Shown here: positions 42,023 through 52,534 of the stretch, one piece after another
Layout of the letters: the number at the start of each line of letters is the position of its first letter
Position numbering within the stretch: position 1 is the stretch's first letter
From: a bacterium
GTDB lineage: Bacteria; Bdellovibrionota_C; UBA2361; CALJRW01
DNA length: 64,000 bases
Assembly: GCA_031385045.1 (NCBI GenBank)
Contig: JANNBC010000048.1
Span: 99,013-163,012 of the forward strand
Direction of reading: 5' to 3'
Program-made: the position numbers and the translations under genes
Notes under the pieces: generated by a model
The model's input: only the letters and a program-made list of their open reading frames with translations
Told to the model about the DNA's origin: nothing
Databases searched by the model: none

Positions 42023-42078
42023 GACCCCCCCCCTGCCCTGACTTGACGAGGGCACTATCTCTTGTAAGCTAATCAATA

Positions 42079-42993
42079 ATGGAAACATTTCAGCTCCTAT
42101 TTCTAAAAATAATTCCGCTCTACACATTAATTCTACTTGGGTTTCTTTGTGCAAAAAAGCTTCACTTGGACAAAGATACGATTGGCAGACTCCTACTGTA
42201 TGTAATTAGTCCGGTAATTGTGTTTTATGGTGGGTTACTAAATAATATTACAATTGAAAATATTAGCCTTCCGGTAATTGTTTTTCTAATTGCCGGTTGC
42301 GTCAGCTTACTTTTCTATCGATTAGGTCAATATTTTTTCCCTAATAGCTCTGATGCAAATCTACTTGCATACTCTGCTGGGGCATCAAACACTGGATATT
42401 TTGGCCTGCCTGTAATTGCTTCTATTCTTGGACAAGAAGCATTTACTCTAGCAATTATTGCTAACCTCGGGATGATTATTTTTGAAAACACCTTAGGCTT
42501 TTATTTAGCTGCTAAAGGAAATTTTTCAGCAAAACAAAGTTTGATTAAAATTGCTCAGTTGCCCCATTTATATGTTCTAAGCTTGGGTATCCTTTTCAAC
42601 CTGCTGGGATTTTCTAAAAATCAAATCTTATTACAAAACTTTGAATACTTTAAAGGAGCATACGCCCTGCTTGGAATGATGATTATTGGGATTGGTTTAG
42701 CCAATATGAGATTTGTCTTACATGATTTTAAATTTGTCGGATTAAGTTTTCTAGCAAAGTTTATTTGTTTTCCGTTAATTACCTTATTATTTATTTGGAT
42801 CGATCAAACCATGAAACTTTGTTCTCCAACTAGTCATCAAGTCCTACTAATTATTTTAAGCACACCCTTAGCTGCAAATGCTGTGGTCATTGCCGGAGAA
42901 TTAAAATTAAATCCAGCAAAAGCAGCCCTTGGAGTCTTAACTACAACACTATTTGCAATCTTATTCATTCCACTAATCATCCAAGTCCTCTAA
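42079..42993 (+). CDS. AEC (auxin efflux carrier) family transporter
   Basis: SNTGYFGLP, LGMMIIG, TPLAAN; ~10 TM. Confidence 0.9.
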   Translation: METFQLLFLKIIPLYTLILLGFLCAKKLHLDKDTIGRLLLYVISPVIVFYGGLLNNITIENISLPVIVFLIAGCVSLLFYRLGQYFFPNSSDANLLAYSAGASNTGYFGLPVIASILGQEAFTLAIIANLGMIIFENTLGFYLAAKGNFSAKQSLIKIAQLPHLYVLSLGILFNLLGFSKNQILLQNFEYFKGAYALLGMMIIGIGLANMRFVLHDFKFVGLSFLAKFICFPLITLLFIWIDQTMKLCSPTSHQVLLIILSTPLAANAVVIAGELKLNPAKAALGVLTTTLFAILFIPLIIQVL

Positions 42994-43154
42994 AATCTTA
43001 ATCAATCTAAAAAAGAATCTTTGATATTCAATGAATCTACCCAACCGCTCTCTTATCACTACCTAATAACAATAAATTTGTTTGATATTTATTTTTTAGG
43101 TCGCTATAATTTCTAAAGCTTTACTAAACACCCTCATTTTTTCTAAGAAAAATT

Positions 43155-45918
43155 ATGAACCTTAAAATAATAACTACTGCTAGCCTTGCTTCACTTTTAA
43201 TTGCTTCCATTGCACTGGCCACACCAGCTAAACAACTTGGAGATATCAACAAAGTCAAAAATCTTAAAAGTATCCCCTTCAATACTCAATCAGGAAATAA
43301 AATCTTCTTCTCCCGTACAACAGATGCTGAGGGAGCAGAACTTTGGGTAACAGATGGAACAGCTGCTGAGACACACATTATAAAAGATATTGTACCCGGG
43401 ACAGAAGGTTCACAACCAATTTCTTTTGCTCCAGTTACTATTGGTGGATTACCTGGTGCCTACTTTCAAGCAAGAACTCCAGCAAACGGCCAAGAGCTTT
43501 GGATTACTGATGGAACATCTGATGGTACCGTCATGGTAAAAGATATTTACCCAGGAAATACTTCTGGCCTAGGTAGCTTTGGAGGCCTTCCTCAGTTTTT
43601 GAGTATTCCTGGATCTACCCAAGCTTTTTTTGTTGCAGATGATGGAACAAACGGAGAAGAGCTTTGGTATACAGATGGTACAAGCATTGGGACTGTGATG
43701 GTAGATGACATAAAGCCCGGCTCAGCCTCCTCCGAACCAACAAATCTTAAATATTATCCAGGATTTCCCTATATATTTTTTACTGCCACAAACAATCTAA
43801 CTGGCACTGAAGCTTACGTTGCTAATTCCTCTAACTCAGCAATACTTCACGATCTAGCTCCGGGCTTTGCTTCTTCTAAGCCTGGAGAATTCTATTTAAT
43901 GCCAACATCATTTGTTTTTGCGGCGGATGATGGAACTACAGGAAGAGAACTTTGGTCTACAAATCTTAGCTCCCCAACATTATTAGCAGATACTACCCCA
44001 GGCTTAATGCCCAGCTATATTATAAACTTTATGCAACTCGCTTCTGACAAGTTATTATATTCAAGCCTAAGTGCCAGTGCTGGTGGGATTGATTCTAAGT
44101 TAATGATCACAGATGGAACTATCCCCGGTACTAGCGCAGTTAAAAGTCTTGATTGCGTCCCGGGCGGGATCTTTTCCATCATTACTGGATATGCAATTAA
44201 AACTTCCGAAGTAATTAATGGGCATGCTCTTTTCCCTTGCTATAATCTCCTAACTTCTCAGTCTACTCTTTGGGCTTCCGATGGAACAGAAGCCAGTACT
44301 AATATACTGAAGGACTTTGTTCCAACTAATACAAATTATCTTGGTGATGGATATACATTGTTACATGGAAATAATAATTTAGTCTTTCCAGCGAACGATG
44401 GACGAACTGGCCTAGAACCTTGGATTACTGATGGAACTACTGCTGGAACATTTCGCTTGGCTAATTTTAACCATGGTGAAGCCAGCTCCATCGATCCAAC
44501 AATTGCCTACCTGACAATTTTTAGCCCTCAGCAAAATCAATCAGCAAGTCTTTTACCAATAACAATTGGTAAAGAAAGAAAGGTTTATTACACAGATGGA
44601 ACACTTGCTAATACGAGGGAGTTATTTGATGACAGTGGTAGTCGCACTGAAGATAGCTACCCTTCAGAGTTTACAGCAACTTGGTCAAAAAGTTCTTTTC
44701 TCCGCCACAGATACTTCTAAAGGAACTGAGTTATTTGAAACTAATGGCAAACCATCAGGTACAAAAATACTTAAAAATATTTTTAAATCTGGAAATTCTT
44801 CTCCAACAGGAATTCAAACCTTGAATTCAACTAATCTAATCTTCTCTGCAAGTAGTCAAGATAAAGGAAAGGAACTTTGGATGACTGATGGAACAAAAGC
44901 TGAGACAAAATTATTAAAAGATATTCAGGTTGGAAAAGCTAGCAGCTCACCGTTTCTCTTTAAAGGCAAAGCCCGAGGTAAACTGTTTTTCTTTGCTAAT
45001 GATGGTGTTACTGGTACTGAGCTTTGGACTACTAAAGGAACCAAAAGAACTACTAAGCTATTAAAAGACATCAATGTTGGATCAGGCGATTCTACCAATA
45101 ATGGTTTAGTAATCTTTAAGAACAAAGCAATTTTTGCCGCTGAGGAGGAGGATCATGGTATGGAACTATGGATCAGTAATGGCACAACAGCAGGAACAAC
45201 TTTACTTAAAGACATCTTAGTAGGAGCTAATTCAGCTGATGTCGACAATTTAGTTGTTGTAGGAGAAAGAGTATTCTTTACAGCCTACAGTGCTACTAAT
45301 GGCGAAGAACTTTGGCAGACTGATGGCACAAGCGATGGTACAACTTTAGTAAAAGATATTGTTCCAGGTTTAGCATCTTCCTCCATCAATAACTTAGTTG
45401 CAGTAGGCAATACACTTTTCTTTACTGCTGATGACGGAGCTAATGGAGAAGAACTTTGGAAAAGTGATGGAACTGAGTCTGGCACTCTAATAATTGACAA
45501 TATTGATGGAACTAGCTCGCACTCTTCTCCACAAAATTTAGTTGCTCTATCAAATGATCAAGTTGTTTTTTCAGCAAACGATGGAGTACATGGTCGTGAG
45601 CTTTGGATTGCAACTTCCGCACTGGGCTCAGCAACATTACTTAAAGATATAACCCCTGGATCTAGTGGATCAGATCCACAAAGTCTCTATGCAATTTCTG
45701 CTCGAGGCTTAGTGGTTCTCTCTGCCTATACAGCAACAGAAGGTCAGGAGCTTTGGATATCTAATGGAACACCAGAAGGCACTTCTCTCTTAGCAGATAT
45801 TTCTCCTGGAGCACTAAGTAGCTACCCAGCAGATTTTTTTGCTAAAGGACGCAAACTTTATTTTGCAGCTGAATCTGAAAGTAATGGAATTGAAGCTTTT
45901 GCAATTAAATTACCATAA
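43155..45918 (+). pseudogene. Secreted ELWxxDGT-repeat beta-propeller protein split by one frameshift near 44670-44680
   Basis: Signal peptide; many ELWxTDGTxxGT repeats across ORFs 43155-44720 and 44566-45918; repeat register continues SYPSEF.. / QLGQKVLFSA across the frame change. Confidence 0.8.
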
Positions 45919-45925
45919 ACTTCCT

Positions 45926-45962
45926 GCAGTCTAAAACAGGATCTGTTTTAGACTGCGCTTTT
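45926..45962 (+). terminator. Rho-independent terminator
   Basis: GCAGTCTAAAACAG-gat-CTGTTTTAGACTGC perfect 14-bp stem then GCTTTT. Confidence 0.75.
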
Positions 45963-46073
45963 GAAGAAGAGCAATCATTCCTCACTTCAGATAAGCCCGT
46001 GCTATAAATAAGATCAAGTTGAAAAAAATTTTCTGACTACTCAGCTTACAAATGGTTTATAATTAGACGTTTT

Positions 46074-46089
46074 AATGATTAGAATCAGT
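46074..46089. promoter_or_regulatory. Candidate Crp/Fnr-type box
   Basis: AATGAT-taga-ATCAGT upstream of the first Crp/Fnr gene. Confidence 0.5.
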
Positions 46090-46121
46090 TAAATAAGGGG
46101 ATTTTCTATTTCTAAAAGATA

Positions 46122-46943
46122 ATGCAATACTGTTCTATGCCAGATAAGATTAGAATCCCTGACAACCACCAACTAAATCAGAATATTACTCAATCTAGTA
46201 CTACAGAAAAAGACAAAGCTTCTTTAAAACTCAAATCAGAAAAGCTAACTGCCTTCAAATTTTTAGAGTCTTTGCGCGAATTCTCGAAAATCCCAGCAAG
46301 TGAACTCCAAACCCTGGCAGATACTTGTCGCTTCGCTAGTTATAAATCAAACCAATACATCAGATCAGAGGGAGATGAAGAAAGTCTTTACGGGTTTATT
46401 GTTGTTACTGGTCGCTTAGCATTATTTAAAAATTCTAATAGTGGCAAAGAATTAATTGTTGATATTCTTCAATCTGGAGATATTTTTGGAATGCTCTTAA
46501 TGCTTGCTGCCGAAAGATTGCCAGAGCAGCTTTCCGTTCGTTCCGTCCAAAAAGCAAAATTGCTACTCGTGCCTCTTAAAAGTTTTAATAAATTAATTGA
46601 GGCTCACCCGATACTCTTTAAGGAATTTGTTGCGCACATACTGATTTCGTTGCAATCTTCCTATAATTTATCACGTGGGCTTGCGCACGATCGGGTGAAT
46701 GTGCGGATTGCTACCATCTTATTTAGCATGACTCTTAAATCTACTACTAAAAATTTAGCAAATGAACCTTTTACCATCAGGCTAACTAGAAATATACTCG
46801 CAAACCTGACAGGGACAACAACTGAAACGGCGATCAGGGTAACAAGAATGATGCATACTGATGGCTTGATTGATATTACAACTCCTGGAGTTATCAAAAT
46901 TCTTAAAATCAATGAGCTATTAAAGATAGTTGAAGATTTATGA
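46122..46943 (+). CDS. Crp/Fnr family transcriptional regulator
   Basis: cNMP-binding fold (SGKELIV, GDIFG) and HTH LANLTGTTTETAIR. Confidence 0.92.
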   Translation: MQYCSMPDKIRIPDNHQLNQNITQSSTTEKDKASLKLKSEKLTAFKFLESLREFSKIPASELQTLADTCRFASYKSNQYIRSEGDEESLYGFIVVTGRLALFKNSNSGKELIVDILQSGDIFGMLLMLAAERLPEQLSVRSVQKAKLLLVPLKSFNKLIEAHPILFKEFVAHILISLQSSYNLSRGLAHDRVNVRIATILFSMTLKSTTKNLANEPFTIRLTRNILANLTGTTTETAIRVTRMMHTDGLIDITTPGVIKILKINELLKIVEDL

Positions 46944-47187
46944 TTTTTCTTCTGACTTACTGATGAACCTTTCTGTTCTAAGTGAAGCCTGTTCACTTAC
47001 TGACTCAATGTCTATAAAATTCGATATGCAGATTAGTATCTCAAGGTTGTCATCTTATTAAAGACTAAAAGTTAACTCTTTTCAATTGGGTTCTACTACT
47101 TTAGAAAAATATCATAAACATAACTACTTGATAAGTCTAAATAATTTCACTATTTTCCATTCTTCATGGATAATGTAAGACTGATTA

Positions 47188-47994
47188 ATGGATGAAAAAA
47201 CTCTTTTTACTGAGAATCAACAATTAATTGCTGATTTAAGACTAACCAAAATCAGAAGAAAATCTGTTTTCACTGTAAATAAAACGGTTGAGAAACTAAC
47301 AATATTGGAATTCCTAAGCTGCATTAGAGAGTTTTCAATCATCCCTCGATCGGAACTACAAGCTTTAGCTGACTGCTCTCGGTTTATCTCATATGAAACT
47401 AACCAGTTTGTTAGATCTGAAGGGGATGAGAAAAGTTTATATGGGTTTATTGTTGTTACTGGTCGCCTTACCTTATTTAAAACTTCTAATAGCGGTAAAG
47501 ATTTAATCGTAGATATTCTACAGCCTGGAGATAATTTTGGATTACTTTTAAAACTTGCTAATGAAAATTTGCCTGAGCAACTTTCTGTTCGTGCAATTCA
47601 AAAAGCAAAATTACTATTGGTACCAATTAAAAACTTTAGGCGGTTGATCGAAACTTATCCGCTCCTCTGTAAAGAATTTGTTGCTCACTTACTAATCTCC
47701 CTTCAATCTTCTTATAATCTCTCTAGAGGTCTTGCCCATGACAAGGTGAACGTGAGAATTGCCACAGTGCTAATCAAGATGTCCCTACTCTATTCCAAGC
47801 TTGATCAAGAAGACACCTACCACACTGTAATCTTAACCAGACAACAACTCGCCAATCTTACTGGCACAACTACAGAAACTGCGATTCGAATTACTAGAGC
47901 AATGCAAAATGAGGGGTTAATTGATCTTACACGATCAGGAATTATTAAAATCTTAAAGATTGAAGGACTAATCAAAATAGTGGATGACTTCTAA
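47188..47994 (+). CDS. Crp/Fnr family transcriptional regulator (tandem paralog)
   Basis: Long stretches shared with previous gene (SLYGFIVVTGRL, LISLQSSYNLSRGLAHD, LANLTGTTTETAIR). Confidence 0.92.
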   Translation: MDEKTLFTENQQLIADLRLTKIRRKSVFTVNKTVEKLTILEFLSCIREFSIIPRSELQALADCSRFISYETNQFVRSEGDEKSLYGFIVVTGRLTLFKTSNSGKDLIVDILQPGDNFGLLLKLANENLPEQLSVRAIQKAKLLLVPIKNFRRLIETYPLLCKEFVAHLLISLQSSYNLSRGLAHDKVNVRIATVLIKMSLLYSKLDQEDTYHTVILTRQQLANLTGTTTETAIRITRAMQNEGLIDLTRSGIIKILKIEGLIKIVDDF

Positions 47995-48053
47995 CTAATA
48001 GTCTGCTGAACAACAAAATTTTTCTAATTAAAATAAACTATCAAATCAAGTTC

Positions 48054-48071
48054 ATATGATTAAAATCATAT
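48054..48071. promoter_or_regulatory. Perfect Crp/Fnr-type palindrome
   Basis: ATATGAT-taaa-ATCATAT upstream of the GlsB/YeaQ gene. Confidence 0.65.
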
Positions 48072-48156
48072 CTATCGATGAAATAATCTAATATCTTTGG
48101 AAATAGTTAATTAGATATAATCTAATTTAATAAAATTAAATTTGGAGAACTATTAT

Positions 48157-48423
48157 ATGGACAATATTTTATATTTAATCGTTGTCGGTGTCGTCGCTGG
48201 TTGGTTAGCAAAAATGGTTGTACCAGGAGAAGCGCCTGGTGGGATTATTGGTGATTTTGTTATTGGAATTATCGGCGCTGTAGCTGGTGGCTTTTTGTTT
48301 AGAGCTATATTGGGGTATAGCTATGGTGGTTTACTTGGAAGTATTGGCGTTGCTTTTGTCGGTGCAATTGTTCTACTCTATATTATTCGAGCCATGCATG
48401 GCCGAAGACAATCAAGGCTTTAA
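48157..48423 (+). CDS. GlsB/YeaQ/YmgE family stress membrane protein
   Basis: GVVAGWLA, IGIIGAVAGG, AFVGAIVLL; GGAG SD before ATG 48157. Confidence 0.9.
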   Translation: MDNILYLIVVGVVAGWLAKMVVPGEAPGGIIGDFVIGIIGAVAGGFLFRAILGYSYGGLLGSIGVAFVGAIVLLYIIRAMHGRRQSRL

Positions 48424-48431
48424 TAACTAAA

Positions 48432-48464
48432 GTTGCTAGGTTCACAAATCGTGCCCCTAGCAAC
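48432..48464. terminator. Hairpin between convergent genes, probable terminator
   Basis: GTTGCTAGG...CCTAGCAAC 9-bp arms. Confidence 0.6.
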
Positions 48465-48478
48465 AGATTTATTTAGCC

Positions 48479-48676
48479 CTATTCGTCTACAGCATCTTCA
48501 ATCGACTCTGCTGTTTTTTCTATTACCCCTTTCTTTTTTAATGGGGCATCACCTTTAGACACATTATCAATCACTTCATCAACTTTCTCTCCAGCTTTCT
48601 CCACTGAACCTTTTTGTTGACAAGCAAGCATGCTAATTAAAGCTACGACCATTAAACTTACTAAATATTTTTTCAT
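48479..48676 (-). CDS. Small lipoprotein
   Basis: Lipobox MLAC, EKAGEKVD repeat-like segment. Confidence 0.75.
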   Translation of the reverse strand: MKKYLVSLMVVALISMLACQQKGSVEKAGEKVDEVIDNVSKGDAPLKKKGVIEKTAESIEDAVDE

Positions 48677-48700
48677 ATATACCCTTTTTAAAAATTAAAA

Positions 48701-48737
48701 TTTTAGTCCTAACGAACTATTTAAGTTAGGACTAAAA
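48701..48737 (-). terminator. Hairpin between the two lipoprotein genes (terminator or mRNA stabiliser)
   Basis: TTTTAGTCCTAAC...GTTAGGACTAAAA perfect 13-bp arms. Confidence 0.55.
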
Positions 48738-48749
48738 CTGCGGGATTTA

Positions 48750-48980
48750 CTACCTTCGATCTTCTTCACGACCGATCAGCCCCCCTCCAAGAGCACCTGC
48801 TGCACCACCGACAACAGTTCCACCAAGACCTGGAGAAACAATATTGCCAACGACTGCGCCTGTACCACCGCCAATTACGGCACCTTTCTCTTTATTATTT
48901 AATTTTCTCCAAGTTCCGCACCCTGAGACCATCAATATTATTGTTAAACAACAAATACATACTATAATTTTTCTTTTCAT
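48750..48980 (-). CDS. OsmB-like glycine-zipper lipoprotein
   Basis: Lipobox VSGC, GAVIGGGTGAVVG...GGAAGALGGGLIG. Confidence 0.85.
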   Translation of the reverse strand: MKRKIIVCICCLTIILMVSGCGTWRKLNNKEKGAVIGGGTGAVVGNIVSPGLGGTVVGGAAGALGGGLIGREEDRR

Positions 48981-49214
48981 AATCTTTCATACCTTTATAT
49001 TTTTATTGCTTAACAATACTCTTAGAGTCTTTTTGATAGTATGATCTAGAACAGCCTTAAATTGATTTATTTAGTAAATTACAAAGAATACGCACTTTAT
49101 AGCGATTCTTTCCAAAAAAGATTACACTGGACTCGATTAACAACTTTAGCTTAAAAAGTTCGATAATAATTCAAAAACTGAATTTGTAGTTTTTATAATA
49201 ATTTCCCAAAGTTA

Positions 49215-51023
49215 ATGCCATCACCACAAGAACTTTTACATAAAATATACGGCTACAAAGATTTCCGGCTGCATCAAGCAGACATTATTCAAGAAATTCT
49301 TAATGGACAGAATGCCTTAGTTTTAATGCCAACTGGTGGTGGGAAATCTCTTTGTTTTCAAATTCCAGCTCTATTGCTTGACGGCACGGCAATTGTCGTG
49401 TCTCCACTAATTGCCTTAATGAAAGATCAAGTTGACAGCCTGACTCAGTTAGATATTAGCGCTGCTTTTATTAACTCATCTCTTAGCTCTCAAGAAATTT
49501 ATCGAATTCAGAATCAAGTCATCCAAGGCAAAATAAAATTACTTTATGTCGCACCCGAGAGGCTAATGATGCCAGATTTTTTAGAATTTCTTACTAAAAT
49601 AAAGATATCATTATTTGCAATTGATGAGGCACACTGCGTTTCTCAGTGGGGACATGACTTTCGTCCTGAATATTTGAAATTATCAGAACTTTCAGAGACC
49701 TTTCCAAATACTCCAAGAATTGCCTTAACGGCTACGGCAGATGAAGTTACCCGTAAAGAAATTCGCACTAAGCTGAAGCTACTAGATTCTAAAATGTTTA
49801 TCGATGGATTTGATCGAGAGAATATTGAATATAGTATTGTTCTAAAAGAAAATACCAAAAGCCAATTACTTAGTTTCCTTAAGCAACAAAATCCAAGCTC
49901 CGCAGGGATCATTTATTGTCTATCAAGAAATAAAGTGGAACAAATTAGTGAATTTCTAAATTATAAGGATTTTACTAGCCTTCCTTACCATGCAGGACTC
50001 TCTCCCGAAATTAGAAACCAAAACCAACAAAGGTTTCTGCAGGAAGAAGGTATCATTATGGTTGCAACAATTGCCTTTGGCATGGGGATTAATAAACCTG
50101 ATGTCCGTTTTGTCGCTCACTTAGATTTGCCAAAAAGTATGGAGGCCTATTACCAAGAGACTGGTCGAGCTGGACGCGATGGCTTACCTGCTAAGGCCTG
50201 GATGGTCTATGGCCTGGGAGACTTAATTCTCCATAAAAAAATGATTGAGAATTCGGGATTAAGCTCACTGCAAAAACAGGTCGAAACTCGCAAACTTAAT
50301 TCACTTTTAGGATTTTGCGAAACTACCGAATGTCGTCGATCCGTTTTACTTAATTACTTTGGTGAAACCTATCCCAAAAAATGTAATAATTGTGACTCCT
50401 GTTTGTTCCCCACTGAATTATGGGATGGAACGCGCGAAGCTCAAATGGCGCTGTCTTGTGTTTATCGTACAAAACAAATATTTGGAGCAAACTATTTAAC
50501 CAATATTCTTAGAGGAATATTGGATCAAAGAATTCAACGTTTTGAGCATCATTTACTTCCTACTTTTGGTGTGGGCTCAGTACACAACCAAATTACTTGG
50601 ACATCAATCTTTAGGCAATTAGTTGCCAGTGATTATCTAACTGTTGATATTGAAGGGCATGGAAGCTTATGCCTAACCGGAAAAAGTGCTGCCGTTTTAA
50701 AGGGAGAACAAAAAATTTATTTCCGTAAAGATTTAATATCCAAAGATGTTTTAGTTAAAACTAAAAGTACTACTAGGAAAGAAAATTATAATCTAGATGA
50801 AGAATCTAATAAAATTTTTCAGGCACTAAAACTTACCCGCATGAAAATTGCTAAGTCACAACAGGTTCCGCCCTATGTTATTTTTCATGATAAAACTTTA
50901 ATTGAACTTGCTAGTAAGCGGCCAAAAACATTAGGGGCAATGCTAGAAATATCTGGTATTGGAGAATCAAAATTAAATAAATATGGTCTAGAATTCTTAG
51001 CTAGCATAAATCAAACACAATGA
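49215..51023 (+). CDS. recQ: ATP-dependent DNA helicase RecQ
   Basis: MPTGGGKS, DEAHCVSQWGHDFRP, QETGRAGRDG, RQC Cys cluster, HRDC. Confidence 0.98.
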   Translation: MPSPQELLHKIYGYKDFRLHQADIIQEILNGQNALVLMPTGGGKSLCFQIPALLLDGTAIVVSPLIALMKDQVDSLTQLDISAAFINSSLSSQEIYRIQNQVIQGKIKLLYVAPERLMMPDFLEFLTKIKISLFAIDEAHCVSQWGHDFRPEYLKLSELSETFPNTPRIALTATADEVTRKEIRTKLKLLDSKMFIDGFDRENIEYSIVLKENTKSQLLSFLKQQNPSSAGIIYCLSRNKVEQISEFLNYKDFTSLPYHAGLSPEIRNQNQQRFLQEEGIIMVATIAFGMGINKPDVRFVAHLDLPKSMEAYYQETGRAGRDGLPAKAWMVYGLGDLILHKKMIENSGLSSLQKQVETRKLNSLLGFCETTECRRSVLLNYFGETYPKKCNNCDSCLFPTELWDGTREAQMALSCVYRTKQIFGANYLTNILRGILDQRIQRFEHHLLPTFGVGSVHNQITWTSIFRQLVASDYLTVDIEGHGSLCLTGKSAAVLKGEQKIYFRKDLISKDVLVKTKSTTRKENYNLDEESNKIFQALKLTRMKIAKSQQVPPYVIFHDKTLIELASKRPKTLGAMLEISGIGESKLNKYGLEFLASINQTQ

Positions 51024-51222
51024 ACTCCGTAGATTAATTGATTTCTAAGAAACAATTCATTTGCTTTTAATAAGCACCGAGCTTTTAAAATACAATTACA
51101 GCCTTTCGCTTCCTAAAACAGTTAATTTTTGTTAGATTTAAATAACAGTTTCCATATTAAGACATTATTTTATCTATTCAATAAGTAAGCTTTGGGAAAT
51201 TTAATAAAAAATTAGGAATTCT

Positions 51223-51699
51223 ATGAAAATTATATCAATGACATTAGCTTTACTCTGTTTCACTACGACTTCATTTGCTCAAGATAATACTGTAGATACA
51301 AATATTGAACCTTGCGAAAATGTAGTAAAAATAAATCATAATTTTATTTATAAAAACTCTGCTCCGCTTAGAGCTGGTGGAGAAGGAACACCATTACTTG
51401 GTTATGAAGAAGTACCAACATTGATTATGAAAAAAGACGTTTCCAATAAAGGACTTGCTCGAGTTTTTGATACTACAGGTAACTTAATTACTAAATGTGG
51501 CTGGAGAACTGCCACAGGGTTTCCAGGTGGACGTTTTAAATGTGCATCTAATACTCGTGGAATGAGAAAGGCCGCTATTAAGAAAAGTGGGACGCCTGCT
51601 GCTTTCTTTAAAATTAACCGCAGAACCTGCATCAGAATACCAGACATTGGTAAATGTTATGGCAGTGTAAAAGGTAAATGTAACCAAATTCTAAAATAA
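51223..51699 (+). CDS. Hypothetical secreted basic protein
   Basis: Signal peptide, AGGA SD, six mature-chain Cys. Confidence 0.7.
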   Translation: MKIISMTLALLCFTTTSFAQDNTVDTNIEPCENVVKINHNFIYKNSAPLRAGGEGTPLLGYEEVPTLIMKKDVSNKGLARVFDTTGNLITKCGWRTATGFPGGRFKCASNTRGMRKAAIKKSGTPAAFFKINRRTCIRIPDIGKCYGSVKGKCNQILK

Positions 51700-51710
51700 G
51701 CTGTTAATTA

Positions 51711-51820
51711 CCTGGCAAGATTCAAGTTCTTGCCAGGGTGTCATTCTTAAAGCAAACCTTCCATTCACAAAAAAACCATTCAACAAACTATTAACTCCAA
51801 CAAAAATGTTAGAGTTAATA
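51711..51820. terminator. Two hairpins between convergent genes
   Basis: CCTGGCAAGA...TCTTGCCAGG (51711-51737) and TATTAACTC.AACA...TGTT.GAGTTAATA (51789-51820). Confidence 0.6.
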
Positions 51821-51854
51821 TCATTGAATGGCTTTACTAATTAAGATTGAATCT

Positions 51855-52385
51855 TTAGTTCAAATCTTCTTTTGGACCATACAAACAAAATCTTCGCAGA
51901 CTTTCTGCTGAATCAGTAACTTTAATAGTAATTCTTTTAACATCACGAAAGATTCTTGACGTTCCTTTTTCTGGGAAGCAAACGACACGAGTTCTTTTCT
52001 TATTAATTTTTGTAAAATATTCTTTGGAGGCCTTAAAGGCACTACATTCTCGCGGTGGAGTATCGCCCCCAGCTAACGAAGCACTACATCCCCCATAGCT
52101 CGAACCAGGCAATGGAAAACGATCGCGATTTAAACTATCTCTTACTACAACTGAAAAACTATCCGCATAAGTGCCTTGCATCAAAACAGCAGCATTCCCC
52201 TCGCAACCATCATAAGACGGACGATATAATACTTCTCTTGGCACCTTTCGTGGGCAAACTGCTTTACGGGTTGTGTTTCCACACTGACAATTTTCCGGAG
52301 GATCTAGTCTATCTTGTGCTTCAAGTGAAACACCAATTAAGCAAGCAAGTGCGACCATCATGATCAGTTTTTTGATATTAATCAT
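51855..52385 (-). CDS. Hypothetical secreted Cys-rich protein
   Basis: Signal peptide, eight mature-chain Cys. Confidence 0.7.
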   Translation of the reverse strand: MINIKKLIMMVALACLIGVSLEAQDRLDPPENCQCGNTTRKAVCPRKVPREVLYRPSYDGCEGNAAVLMQGTYADSFSVVVRDSLNRDRFPLPGSSYGGCSASLAGGDTPPRECSAFKASKEYFTKINKKRTRVVCFPEKGTSRIFRDVKRITIKVTDSAESLRRFCLYGPKEDLN

Positions 52386-52534
52386 ATTTTTTTTATTACT
52401 AGTTATTTAAAGATTTGAGAGAAAATTTTTACACGGATATCTTAATAAGATCAACAAGATCTAGATAAATCACTGGTAATACTCAGAAAAGATTAGATGA
52501 CAAATAGTGCAACGATACTCATAAAATATACTAG

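Noticed and set aside
43300..45900. CRISPR-like periodic repeats
   Set aside because: Periodicity comes from ELWxxDGT protein repeats; DNA copies are degenerate; no cas genes
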